A DNA stretch of 64,000 bases from Albugo candida. Taxonomy: Eukaryota. The translations under genes and the position numbers were made by a program. The notes under the pieces were generated by a model that saw only the letters and a program-made list of their open reading frames with translations, did not search any database and was not told where the DNA came from. Shown here piece by piece: positions 24,377-36,525 of this stretch; the first letter of the stretch is position 1; every line of letters begins with the position of its first letter. Where the stretch lies: NCBI GenBank assembly GCA_040437565.1, contig JBDOQK010000044.1:1-64000 (forward strand). The letters run 5' to 3'.

Positions 24377-26367
24377 TGTTGGTGGTGATAAAATGAATAC
24401 TGAAAATATATTTAGGTCCTTAGTTCGCAAACTCTCTTGCTACTCTTACCCTACTGCTTTCTTCGACTATACCTTGATAGTTTTTTCCATAAAGACATTT
24501 CTAGTCGTATAGTCGCGAATTAGAAGTCACCTGGCCGCGCGTCGGTAATCCTGTGCCGTTTCCAACATGCATGGTGCGATAGTGTAACTTGACAGAAACA
24601 CACCCTTCTACAACACTCCTCCTCGCGATCGCATCATCGGCACCTTAGCTAGTCTAAACCCACTAGCGGTCGCAGCTTGGTGATCTTGTGCTTGTCTACT
24701 GCCTTGGTCAATAGGTCCGCGAGCATGGGCTAGGACAGGACGAAGCGTGGCTCAAGGATGCCCCGATAAACGAAGTCCTCATGAAGCTGAGTCGCACGTC
24801 GATATGTTCAGCTCTAAGTTAAGAAGCCTCGCCTTCGATCTGACGAATAGCCCCTTGATTATCTACGTGCATCCTCATTGGTAGAATCGGCGTCAGTCCA
24901 ACTTCCATTAGAATCTCCCAGACTCCGAGGAGCTCGCGAGCCGTTTCTGACGCTGCTACAAACTCGACTTCCGTTGTTGAGAGCGAAACTCCTCCTTGTT
25001 ACTTCGCAGCCCAGATCACGGGCATTTTGTTAAGCATCAATATAGTACCAGTTAGAGACTTCCTGTCGCTCTTGTCTTCGGCGAAGTCCGCATCGCTGTA
25101 GGATTCCAATGTAACTTCACCTTTGCTCTTTGCATCAGCGCGCATCTCGGGTTTCATGTCCTTTCTCCCAGCGAGGTATCGGGCAATTATCTTTGTCAGT
25201 TTTCAAACTTGTTCCTTCCTCGCATGTGTTTGACGCGTTGCCTTGTACACTGCAAACGTGATATCAGGCCGAGTACATCGTGCGACCCACAGTAGGCTAC
25301 CAAGAAGGGACTGAAACGACTTCGTTATTGGTTTTTCGAGCTCTTCAATTTTCTTTAGAAGCACGCTGCTCGATCAAGCTTCATTGTAGCAGTCGTCGCT
25401 GATCGGTGTACATAAAGAATTATCCAACACTAGCCCGTTCTTCCTAAGCAGCTCATCAATCGCCTCCTCCTGGTCCAGAACGTACGCACATGTGTCGAGC
25501 GCCTTCACTCGAATACCAATGAATTCTGAAACTGGTCCTAGATTCTTGAGCGAAAGCGATTTCATAGCCGTAAAAAATCAATCGACGCCTTCAACCGTGG
25601 TCGCTGTGAATAGAAGGTCATCATTGTAGACACCCACTATTATCATTTCATGACCGTCGCGCTTGTAGTATAGGCACATATCAGTAATGCACTGTTTGAA
25701 TCCTGCGTCTTGAAGTTTTGTCTTCAGCAGTTGACTCCAGAGTCGTCCTGCTTGCTTAATCCCATAGAGGCTCTTCTTCAGCTCGAGCGCGACGTCGCAT
25801 TTTTGAATCACTCCAAGTCTCTTAAAATGCTCTTCGTTAATTTTCATGCTGCTTGGTACACGCAGCAATATCTTCAGGTGCTCCTGCTTGTTGACTTTAA
25901 CGTAAGCATTTGGGATATCACCATGCTTTGCCGGTACACCCCATATTGCCGCAAGGCTCCGGATCAGCTTCTTTGTTGACATGTCCATCACAGCGTCGAA
26001 GGTAAGCCAGTAGTCAACACCGAAGACTTAATTGTTCCCACATGCAACCAGTCGCGCTTTGAGGCTTTCTACTGCGCCGTTTGCATCTGTGTTGGTCTTA
26101 AACACCCACTTACTGTGTAGCATATTTTGCGTCGTCCGGTCGCTTTCCACATGTTGTTATCCTCAACAGCTTCGATTTCTTCGAGCATGGCCTTGTAACG
26201 ACCTTCAGCCTTCGACCTGCGCGTCTCTTCAACGTGTCTTCGGGTCTGGCTCATAGGCTTGTAGCACGGTGGCTACAGAATCAATCTTCATCCTTATAGC
26301 TTGCGTCGCCTTCTTTGTTGATGCGCGTGTTGCATGAGGGACACACATCCATAGCTTGCTCTTCCCC
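24377..26367 (-). mobile_element. Ty1/copia LTR retrotransposon 3' part (RT, RNase H, PPT, 3' LTR), degenerate
   Basis: The LTR at 24377-24615 has TGTTG...CAACA termini, with an adjacent polypurine tract GAGGAGGAG on minus. RT/RNase H motifs are KARLVACGN, GDIPNAY, LKKSLYGIKQAGRLW, GVYNDDLL, YSDADFA, VSLSTTEVEF and EHIDVR. Confidence 0.92.
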
Positions 26368-26467
26368 NNNNNNNNNNNNNNNNNNNNNNNNNNNNNNNNN
26401 NNNNNNNNNNNNNNNNNNNNNNNNNNNNNNNNNNNNNNNNNNNNNNNNNNNNNNNNNNNNNNNNNNN

Positions 26468-27212
26468 GAATCCGATCAACATCTCTTTTTAGAGTGCGAT
26501 CACACGGCACAATTATGGAGGGAGTTACTCCCTTGTTGGGATCAGTTTTTCTCCTCTCGACCACGTTGGCCGCATATTGCATGTGCAATCGTACCAGCAC
26601 GACGGTTGGATTGGAACAGATATCAACAAATTATTTCGGATTTATGGCTTGCATTGCAAGCGGTAACGCTGCACTTCGTCTGGACCGATCGGAATCGTCG
26701 TTGTTCGGTCAACGATCAGTAGCTCCGACAATTTGAGCACTTTCCGTGATCTACACCACGTTTAGTGCGCACGTTCGGTACTATCGAAGACAGTGTTACA
26801 ACCAAGATGAACGCATTCGGCTTGCAAAGATGTTGGATCAACCCGTAACGCAAGGATCATTGCTGCGGGTACGGCACCGACAAGTCAAAATGCAAGTGCA
26901 ACTCGGATCCTAGTCCTAGTTGGCTGGCGCTGTTCAACCTAGTGTGGCGCACATCGATTTGCAAAACACAGTAGTTTTGGACAATTTGCAGCTTTACTGC
27001 TTACAACTTAACAATTATAGCATTTTTTACAAGCTGGACACAGTCTCGTATTAAGGTGGCTGAGGCTACTGCAGTTCAGGATATTTAACGAGGTAGACAT
27101 ATTATCATCTCTCATTGGTATTTTTACGCAACGTTTTTTTTATGTATATTTGTTATTCAAGATAGCCTATGCAATTAGAGAAGTCAGTTAGTCTAATTCT
27201 AGTAATATAGAC
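26468..27212 (+). mobile_element. LINE 3' end (zinc-finger region plus 3' UTR)
   Basis: Reads ESDQHLFLECDHTAQLWRELL...HFVWTDRNRR; homologous to 12430-13440. Confidence 0.85.
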
Positions 27213-28051
27213 ACCTTCAACTGAGCATGAGATAGTATATCTCCTGTGATAATCAACACTCTCGAGCGGGACAAGAAATTAATAATACGACTGATCTTGT
27301 ATGATACTAGAATCAGATCAAACTTTAGTAACTTGTAATGCGAAGACACCTTTCTGTATTCCGCATGGAGAAGCTGTTTCTACTGAACAAGCTGTTTGTC
27401 ACTAAGAGCTCTAAAGTGTTACACTTCAGATTATTGACTATGAAGCTCATTTCTGTGCAGAGTTTTGCTTCATCAGAAGCTCAAGCCACTTTACTAGTGA
27501 CAGAAAAGGTACTCAAGATAAAGTGATCTTGTGTACACAGGCGATCCTCATGCAGAATACATTGCATCCTGATGAGAGGTAGTAACTACATGTTGTACTT
27601 GTGGCGCTTAGGCAATGAGTGGAATGCCGACAAATATCATCAATTTGTCAGTTTGAACGGTGTCTACAGCCGTCTGTTTCCAGTTGCAGTGAAGAGTAAT
27701 CGCCTAGCCGTTGACGGAGGCGAGATAGTAGCTCGACATTTGCAGATCGGGAAATATGTAGCTCGTTTCGAATGAAGACATATTTCGACCTGTAAAAGTA
27801 TGAAAAACGACAGAGCATTAAGTTATGTTTGAAATAGGACTTTTTCGTCGACAATTACCTTGAAAACGGATATGCTACACAGCGATATTATATAAACAGG
27901 CGGTGTACTCTGTTAAGGAGGTATCAAAAATTTGTCAATTTATAATAGGCGTAAAAGCCCTGAAAAAGGTTGCGCCCCATTTGGCTAGATTCCTTGGATA
28001 TAATCACGAACGCGTATTATTGATTTTGCTTATTATAGTCCAACTCATTAT

Positions 28052-28596
28052 TGTTGTAATTTTTGGTAATTTGCAGAGGGAGAATTCTTAGCAGGGGTGG
28101 TAAAAATGAGAAGTAGTATTAACCTGAATACCTAGACATGTACTTAGCTAGATAGTTCAACCGTACATAGGAGCTTCATCATCAACACTCTCCCTCGACT
28201 AATAAGTTCAAGTTTCTCGTGAACAAGTCAAGTATTGGAGTTACAAGTTTCTCGTGAACAAGTCAAGTATTGGAACTTATCAATCGAGGGGGAGTGTTGA
28301 TGATGAAGCTCCTATGTACGGTTGAACTATCTAGCTAAGTACATGTCTAGGTATTCAGGTTGATACTACTTTTCATTTTTACCACCCCTGCTAAGAATTC
28401 TCCCTCTGCAAATTACCAAAAATNNNNNNNNNNNNNNNNNNNNNNNNNNNNNNNNNNNNNNNNNNNNNNNNNNNNNNNNNNNNNNNNNNNNNNNNNNNNN
28501 NNNNNNNNNNNNNNNNNNNNNNNGGTTGATACTACTTTTCATTTTTACCACCCCTGCTAAGAATTCTCCCTCTGCAAATTACCAAAAATTACAACA
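28052..28596. mobile_element. Fold-back mini-element: two inverted 136-bp copia-like LTRs, each with a polypurine tract, flanked by the direct repeat ATTAT
   Basis: The left LTR is 28052-28187 (minus). The right LTR starts at 28295 (GAGGGGGAG|TGTTG) and ends in TTACAACA at 28596, across an overlap gap. ATTAT occurs at 28047-28051 and 28597-28601. The spacer holds two copies of CAAGTTTCTCGTGAACAAGTCAAGTATTGGA. Confidence 0.75.
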
Positions 28597-28967
28597 ATTA
28601 TATATTAGATCTTGTAGGAGCTGTTCTACCCACCTCAACGCCGATGCTCCAATCCTCTGCAAAACCTGTAAAAGGCAATACAAAACTAAGCATTAGAGGT
28701 ATGCTAGCATTCGATTCTAAATGTTTACGCAAAAAATTGACTGCGTCAACTAGACAATCGCATAAAGTTGCTGCACAGTCATTGGTCGATTATCGCTTGT
28801 ACCTAGTCCTTATCCCGTTTCGATAAAATTTAAAATACAAAAATCACTGTTTAAACTTTCCCGTTTATCTGATCTGCAGCTGCCAAAAGGTCTGTCCCAC
28901 TTGTGCTTGTGTGGTGTAGCTGAGTCGATGAAGTATGATGTCATTTTCGAATTTACCAGCTGCAAGA

Positions 28968-29858
28968 ATGCGGACCGAAGAGAAACTCGTTTGTCTTTTT
29001 TTGACATTTCATTATTCGAATGCGCTCGGAGTCCCTCTCCAAATTTTTCCAGTAGGACAACAGACAGCTTGGGGGAAAGTAATGGTACCAGAAGGAAAAG
29101 ATGATGAATCAAGAATATCTAACGAAGGCACTCAGATTTCATGGACTGAAGACGACGTAGCCGAATACCGGGCAAGTTCGAACAATAATGTATGGGATAA
29201 ATTCACGTTTCATGAGTTGAGCTTTAAAATGATTAAGGGTACCTTGGATGCAGCACTATCCACAGCACCTGTAGCTGTCACTATGAGCTGGGCCGGGAAT
29301 CCTCGCCGGCCGTTAATGGGCATCTTTGTAGAGTCTAGTGTGTCCAAACACATATAGTGCTCGCTCGAAGTGATCGTGTATGTGATCGATGATGTGATCC
29401 AGCCACACATCAGTCTAGCTGATCTCGTGACCAAAAAAGAACATGACGAAAGGGCTTACGACCTTGATAAAAGAGTCAAATTCCAGATTGCAGATGTTAA
29501 CAGCCAGTTCCCAAGTGCGGAATTTGAGCAATTGATAACGGCCATGAATGGCGAACTCGATCTATCAAGCAATTCAATCAAATATGAAGCAATCTCCAAC
29601 TTGAAGCTATCGAGTTTCACGTTTTACCATCATCTTGCTCGGGAAGTCTTCACGCTTTCAATGCCAAATTACTTTGTGTAGCAGTCCGACGATGTAAAAG
29701 AGTGCTATTTGGCCGTCACACGCAGTGTAGACAACAACTGGGTCATTGGCGCTGCACTTGCCAAGACTTACGAGATCGTGTTCCGAAAACTACACAACGC
29801 AGGAACGTACGTTCTTGGCTTCACTTATCGACCGTACCCTAATTCGATAGATATCTGA
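28968..29858 (+). pseudogene. Secreted pepsin-fold (aspartic protease-like) gene with two in-frame TAG stops and no catalytic motifs
   Basis: A single frame is interrupted only by TAG at 29355-29357 and 29679-29681. The N-terminus MRTEEKLVCLFLTFHYSNALG is signal-like. The C-terminus CYLAV...NWVIGAALAKTYEIVF...LGF fits the pepsin C-terminal pattern. No DTG or DSG motif is present. Confidence 0.55.
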
Positions 29859-32095
29859 GCTTTAATTTTTCTTTTTTTTACATGGATCCTACCATAATCT
29901 ATTTTTCGTGAGCAGCCACTTTATAGTCGAGTACTAAGAATTTATTTTGTAAAGGCTGTGTAGCCAATTTACCAATCTATGTACCATCCATGAATGTATA
30001 CATTCAGTAGAGTAAGATAAAATATTTCCGTAAGGGTATAGATATTCCGACAACTTTTTTTCTAATTACAACATGCCTATTTGAATTATTACTCTCACAA
30101 CTTTTTCTATTTTGAAAAATACATAAATAATTTTACATTGCTAACTAATTACATGCATACAGACCCTAAATTGTTGCTCCAACAACTTCAATCTTGTATT
30201 GCTTGTGATTGGTTATTACATAGAAAGTTTCAGCTGTGATAGGCTAATACATATGACAATTTTCATTTGACACATATTTCTATTTCTATACGCTACCTAC
30301 AAGATTGCATTATGCTTCCCCCACCAGTACACAGAACCTAGAACACATTTGAAGAGCTCTTCAAAGATGCTATAACAGCTTGTTGCCTTAAATAATTTGT
30401 CAGGACTCATATATATATCGGCTTTTTTATGCCAACCACACAGTTCGAAAAAGACTACGTTGATATCGAAACCAATCGAAGGACGAGCAAAATAAAGCTT
30501 CAATAATCCACACAAATCGCAACTCTTATATCGATATTTGTATATCGCGTGAACCGTTCCCCACAGATACGACCTAATGAGGGAAAGTTGTTATTCTCTG
30601 GTGTTCTTTTGATTTCCAGGAAAAGCAAAGAAAGCTATTCATAATCTTTTCATTAGATCTGCTTTTCAATCCATAGACAAGGTTAGATCAGAATGATTTG
30701 GTTTGAGCATCAGTCGTGGTCTCGCCATGAAGTCGACTATGTGTCACACACGCTTATTGTATTCAGTGAAAGCTACCATGTGATAGGCTCTTTGTGATGA
30801 CGAGCCCTTGATCGAGTTTGATTATGTAATGTTTCAGGCTCAAGTAGAGATGTATCGGAGTCGGCATCAGTCCTTCATAAAAAAGTTGGCCACGCAAATA
30901 GAACACTTTTCAGCCTTGTATTTGGCTCCAAAAATCAGTATCTAGTTCCAGGTGAATGCGTCCATGTTATTATCTACTTTCTTCTTTTAGTGCGGGTAAG
31001 CCATACACATGTGACTACTTGCTGAAAGGACGAGACGTAGAATTTAGCTCTCTTATGCGCACTCATTGATCCTTTAGAAGTGAAAAGAAAATGCTCCCTT
31101 ATTTGTCTAGTGAGTATCGAGTATCCAATATACTCCCTCTTGCTTGCATTCGGTCAATGCCTTTGACTTGTCACGTTGGAATTGCGATCATAATCTGTAA
31201 AACTCCGTCACATTTTCGTCAACCCCGCCACGTAGTCATCGCATCAGCACACTTGTCATCGGCGAACTTTCAATGCGATGATACAAATTTTCCTGCTGTC
31301 GTCGCACAACCTATAGACGGCTTTTCTTGAGGTACAATCAGCTAAATTTTGGCCTGTTCTCTGCTCTAGCTGTAGTCGCTAGAACTGGGCCGAAAAGTTC
31401 TGCTCTCCGGCCTGGCCGACAAAATCCGTAAGAGTGTGTCCTGATGTTGGCTAGCATGGCTTTGTGGTGGGAAATTTGGAGCAAGATAATCGTCTGCTCT
31501 GCAGTCACCAACAAAACGAGTGTTTTTAACCCATACATCGCTTCACCCATTCACTAATCAAGTGTGTTTTGATTACCCTCCCAAAATGCCAACTAATCTT
31601 CTTATGGGGATACAAGCGCGCTGTTTGTAAATCGCGCGACCAGTTTTGCTTGCTTAGAACATTGAAATTCACCTGATTCCTAAGCATACACATTATCATG
31701 TAGATTCCTAGCATTATTGTGATCAGCCTATGTGTTGTGTATCCAATAACAATGATAATCGAAAGGGGTGATTGAGTTGTACATTCTAGAGTGTGGACGC
31801 CAAAGAAAAACTCAGCACTTTGAATATACAGTGCATAGACGATGTATATGTCGAATTTATCAGGTTGGTGCAAAGCAACACACGAGCAATGTGAACAATT
31901 GTACACAGCGCAATTACTGAATATATAAAAGTGGAGCATTCTTTGAAGCTGTGGGATACATTATTTACGGCGCATAGAAATTCAAACATCGCCCCGATTG
32001 CGACCACGTGGGTTAGACAGTATCGGGGAGGGGTCTTGATTGAATTTGCTGGTACAAAATCTAGGAACCCTAATTTTAGATCTGTACTTGATTTG

Positions 32096-35000
32096 ATGAG
32101 AAGCAAAAAAGTTCTTGACGATATTAATCTTGTTGTGCAAATAAATCGGCATATCGTCGAGAATCCAAACAATCGTGAAGCGGTAGAAGACCTCCTCGTT
32201 CGTCCATCATCTTTTCAAGTACTAGCTAATTTAGATGAATTAGACACTCCAGTTCACCCGCGACACTTATTCCAACATCAAAGCACTAACGGGAATAGAA
32301 AGGGTCCATGTGAGCTTCCATTTCATCTTCAAGGAGATGCTACGTTTGCGATTGGCATAGCTGTACAGAAGCGCAGAGTTTTGCAGCATTCGAGTGACAT
32401 ACGCACACATATCTATTCGCTTTGGGATGTTGCTTGCAACGAAACCGTTCTCTGTGAAGCTGGTTCGATCGAATCGAAAAATGGGCAGCAGCTTTCACAA
32501 TCACAGTACATGAAATTTATGTTACTTGTCTACAAAGCCCTTCGTTTTGACTTTCAGATCAAAAGCGCTACTGAAGATATTTTGTGTGATTGGGAGATAG
32601 ATAGTAGCTCTAGCACTTTCCTCAATGTGGATCAATTCCATGCATCCATCTTCGAACTCGTCGATCTTTGGACTTGTGATATCGAGGAAGCAACGTATAC
32701 CGCATTTTTGAAGCTTTTGATCAATCGAATCACTGTCCGTGTAGTGGTATACATCAATGGTCAAAAACTCGTCTACTCCGTGACGGACAATTTCAGCAAT
32801 GAAGAGTTGATCGTCAAGGCTATTCCTCTTCAATTGATCGATTGTTTTGCGCCTGTGGTAACACTGTCAACTCGAAAAGGTGTCAATACAGTTGGTGAAC
32901 TTGCAGCTACTGATGCATCTGAGCTTGAAATTGAGCGTCAGGCTTATGTGGCTCAAATGAATTTTTCCGCGGAAAAGTTAGGAAAGGACATTTCACATTT
33001 GCTGGATATGTTTAGATGTCTCTCAAAACAGTTTCAGCCCAACGCTTACAAGGCAAAGGAGCTTTCGAGAAACTCCGAATTTGAAGCGGACAATCCAGAT
33101 TGCAATCTCAAGGAGCTTGAAAATCAAAACTCATTTTTATCGGGGGTGGAATCGCATACGTCTGCTGTAGTGAAGGGTAATAAGAAGAGTACTCCACAAA
33201 AGTCAAGTCCGATCTATGATCTTACGAGATCAGATCTGAGACTTGTCGACTCGATTCGCGCGTCATTTATCATTGAGAACAATATTTCTCTAGAGTATAA
33301 ATGCGCACCAAAAGACATCAACATTGAGCTTCGAAAGTTTGGTGTGAATCCCGATACGTTGGCACCACAAGAAGCAAGTGCACAGTATCACAATTTTTAC
33401 GAGATGCTTGTGGTGAAAAATGGGCAAGACATCAAGGCTTTAGCGAAGACTGTACTCGACCAAATTCGATTTGAACTTGCGTCGCACGGGATTTACTTGG
33501 AGGAATCACAGCTTGAGGGTGCGTACGACGAGTTCTATAGCTCGATTGTCAAGGGAAATGGTCAAAAAATGGTTCAAGATGCCAAGGATTGGATTGATAA
33601 GACCAAGCGGGACAAAACTGTTTCGAGCTATATCAAGTCTGAGTACACAACTTTGAGAAATATTGACTCTGTTGATTCGGGAGGATTCGAAAGTGAGGAT
33701 ATAGAAAAGTTTATCATGCAATCGGTACAGCCTGAACTCACTCTTCTGACTGAGGCGTCGCAAGTTGTTCGAATAAATGATACTGAGTCTTCTGTGACGG
33801 CACAGGAAGAGAATGAGGACCATGTTGAGATGTTATTCGAATCAGGTAGCGCCATTGTCGAGGCACATCACGAGGAATCATCACAGTCAGAGTCAAATAC
33901 GTTTGAAGGCATCATAGCCATAGAAGAAAGCGCATCTATCGAATTCGAAATCTTACCGGATGCTGATAAGACCATAGAAGCGAGTAATCGCTTTGAAATC
34001 GACACAGGAACGAACATATACTCTACTCTGGACAGATTCCATGCGAGCGATAGAACTCCTAGCTTGAATGTAGAAAACAGCGTTCACACCATGCAGAGAT
34101 TCGTTGCGTTTTCAACAGAGGCAGATGAAAATGAGTACAAACAAGCAGGATCTACTATTCCTATCACGTCTTTTAGAACAATGAAAAATTTAGCATCCCC
34201 ACTTCCGATTGTCGACACCAGCGATCGGAAAGATGACAAAGTGGAACTTCTCCTTCCCATAATTCAACCAACACGACCTCCACCTGAGACCAAAAATTCT
34301 GTTTTGTTAGATGATCAATCCGATAAAACCGACAACAAAATGACCAGCCAATGTATCTCCATGCCAATATTAATTTTGAAATCAGATCAGAATCTACATC
34401 CAAGTACATACGATAACGCCCTACCTATTGTATCGAATAGTACAGAGAAGGAGCCCATAACCATCCCGATCTTTCCAGTCAGCGCCCAAAGCTACCTTCC
34501 TGATGTTGATTCACCTTGCCCCACAGAGATGCCTCCCAAGATTCCTCAGATAGTGGTAGGTGGCATTGAAGGTGCCAGCAATGTCGCAACTATATCACGA
34601 TACATTCGCTTACTGGAACTAGGCACAGGTAAGTCTCTCCTAGTGGACTCACTATGGTAAGGCTTCATTATTATTGTACAGTTTTTGATGCAAAATATGA
34701 AGAAGAAATGTTTCAATTTCTGGCAACAGCTGAAGGCCAAGAAACGGACTTGGTACGGCAGTCGTCGGCTATAATTTGATATTCTGACCCGATGACCTGT
34801 TTAGGTCTTTGTTGATATTGCGAATAGGACCGAAAATGCGATAGAAATTACACTTCGCGTTCAGTCAATTATTGGAAATAAATTGATTCTCCTCGGAGGA
34901 GACGATTCTGCAAAAGCAAACGCAATTGCTCAACAATGTATACAGCATGGTGCAATTTATTTTGCTAGATTTCCATTTGACTTTTCTATACTTCGTGCTG

Positions 35001-35326
35001 AGATATTCAAGTATCTCAACTCCTGTCCCCAGAAGTATTTGATTCGACAGCGAAGACAAAGTACACAACAAGCACGGCTTACAAGTCTAGTTCTCTCTCA
35101 AGATTATACAACGTTGATGAAAGCGGATAATGTGAAAGCTCCAACAGATAGGATGAGATCTATCGAGTCGCCATCTTTAAATCGGACGATGTCAAGCTCA
35201 GGGCAAAAGTCTATCGAATTACAGTCAGCAGAGTCCGTCCCAAGACGTCCGTCAGTAAGTACGTCTCGTCACGAGGAGCGGCAGAGACGCAATCGCAATA
35301 TGCTACCAAAATGGTTCACGAAATAA
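32096..35326 (+). CDS. Hypothetical protein of about 1000 aa, probably 3 exons
   Basis: Long ORF 31931-34660 with first ATG near 32096. GT-AG introns at about 34628-34681 and 34753-34804 link it to ORF 34883-35326. It has a conserved-looking block QFHASIFELVDLWT and an acidic/Pro-rich middle. Confidence 0.7.
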
Positions 35327-36525
35327 ACAGATTACATCCAGATGTGTGAGAGCAATTACTGCACATCCCGACGGCGAATAGAAATGAAAGTCTGGTCGGA
35401 CAAAGCATACCATGCACCAGATTCTGCCAACAGCTTTATTGTAATCGTCGCACTTGTCAGTCCGCCATCTTCCGTGCTAACACTAAAACATACACCGGAT
35501 ATGTATCGTCAGCAAATCGTCTCTGTGTGAACAATATTCCGAGTGATATTTTGGACAGAAATCGCATCAATTATCACGAGATACAAGGTAGTATCGCCAT
35601 GTCACTACACAAGGTCTCAATTGGATTTCTGCGGCACGCAATCACGGTTCGCTGAGGACGTCTATAATCTCTATTAATAGAGATAGACTTGATAACGGCA
35701 TATATTTCTGTATAGAATTCTACGAGCAGTCGACGTATTCTCAGACGAGGGTATATGAATAGTATTTTCCAGTGACACTACTAGAAGCAGCTCAAAGAGA
35801 TAACTTTACAATTTTTTCAATCCTTCCTGCAAGCGATTCTACGCATCGGAAAGAACAATTACATATCAATTGGCTAACACTTTGTCGCACTATAAAATCG
35901 GATTATGCCGACGATAATGTTGAATTCGGAACAAGTATGTTGATCATCTCCCATAGAACGTGATACAAATAATGAACCTTCCCGATGTTGAGACATTCTT
36001 CACCTAATCCCCATTACTTACAGCGATACGTGACGATTACTGTCCGTCTGTTTCTGTAAACACTCGTCACTCAGTACGAAAGACCGATATGTGAACCCTA
36101 TCACTCGATCTTTGATTGGTCGAAAGAAACTTTTGAGAGGGGACGACTACTGACTAAAGACATCGATACCAAGGGGCACCGACACCTAGACCGCCACATT
36201 CCAGCCAAATATCCATGATCTCTCTGGGATTGCACGCCTTCCAACATCAGGTGCTTTTGCAGATCAGAACCATGGTGTGTAGACGAGCATTGATTGGTAG
36301 ATAAAGCATAAGCTGGGCAGGGACCATTTGCTAATGAAAAGATTACTGTGTAAAAGCTTCTCATAATCATAGCACGACTCAAAAAGTGTAATCTAGCTAT
36401 AGAATTTATATGTTAAAAGAGTATAAATACATTTTAAAAAGGATTACATCTTAAATCACGAGGTAATCCACCCAAATTTCTCTTGGGACATAACCACTCA
36501 ACATTCATTTTTACTTTTGACCTCA

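Noticed and set aside
28209-28274. CRISPR-like 31-bp direct repeats
   Set aside because: Only two copies 4 bp apart, in a eukaryotic retroelement core, with no cas genes.
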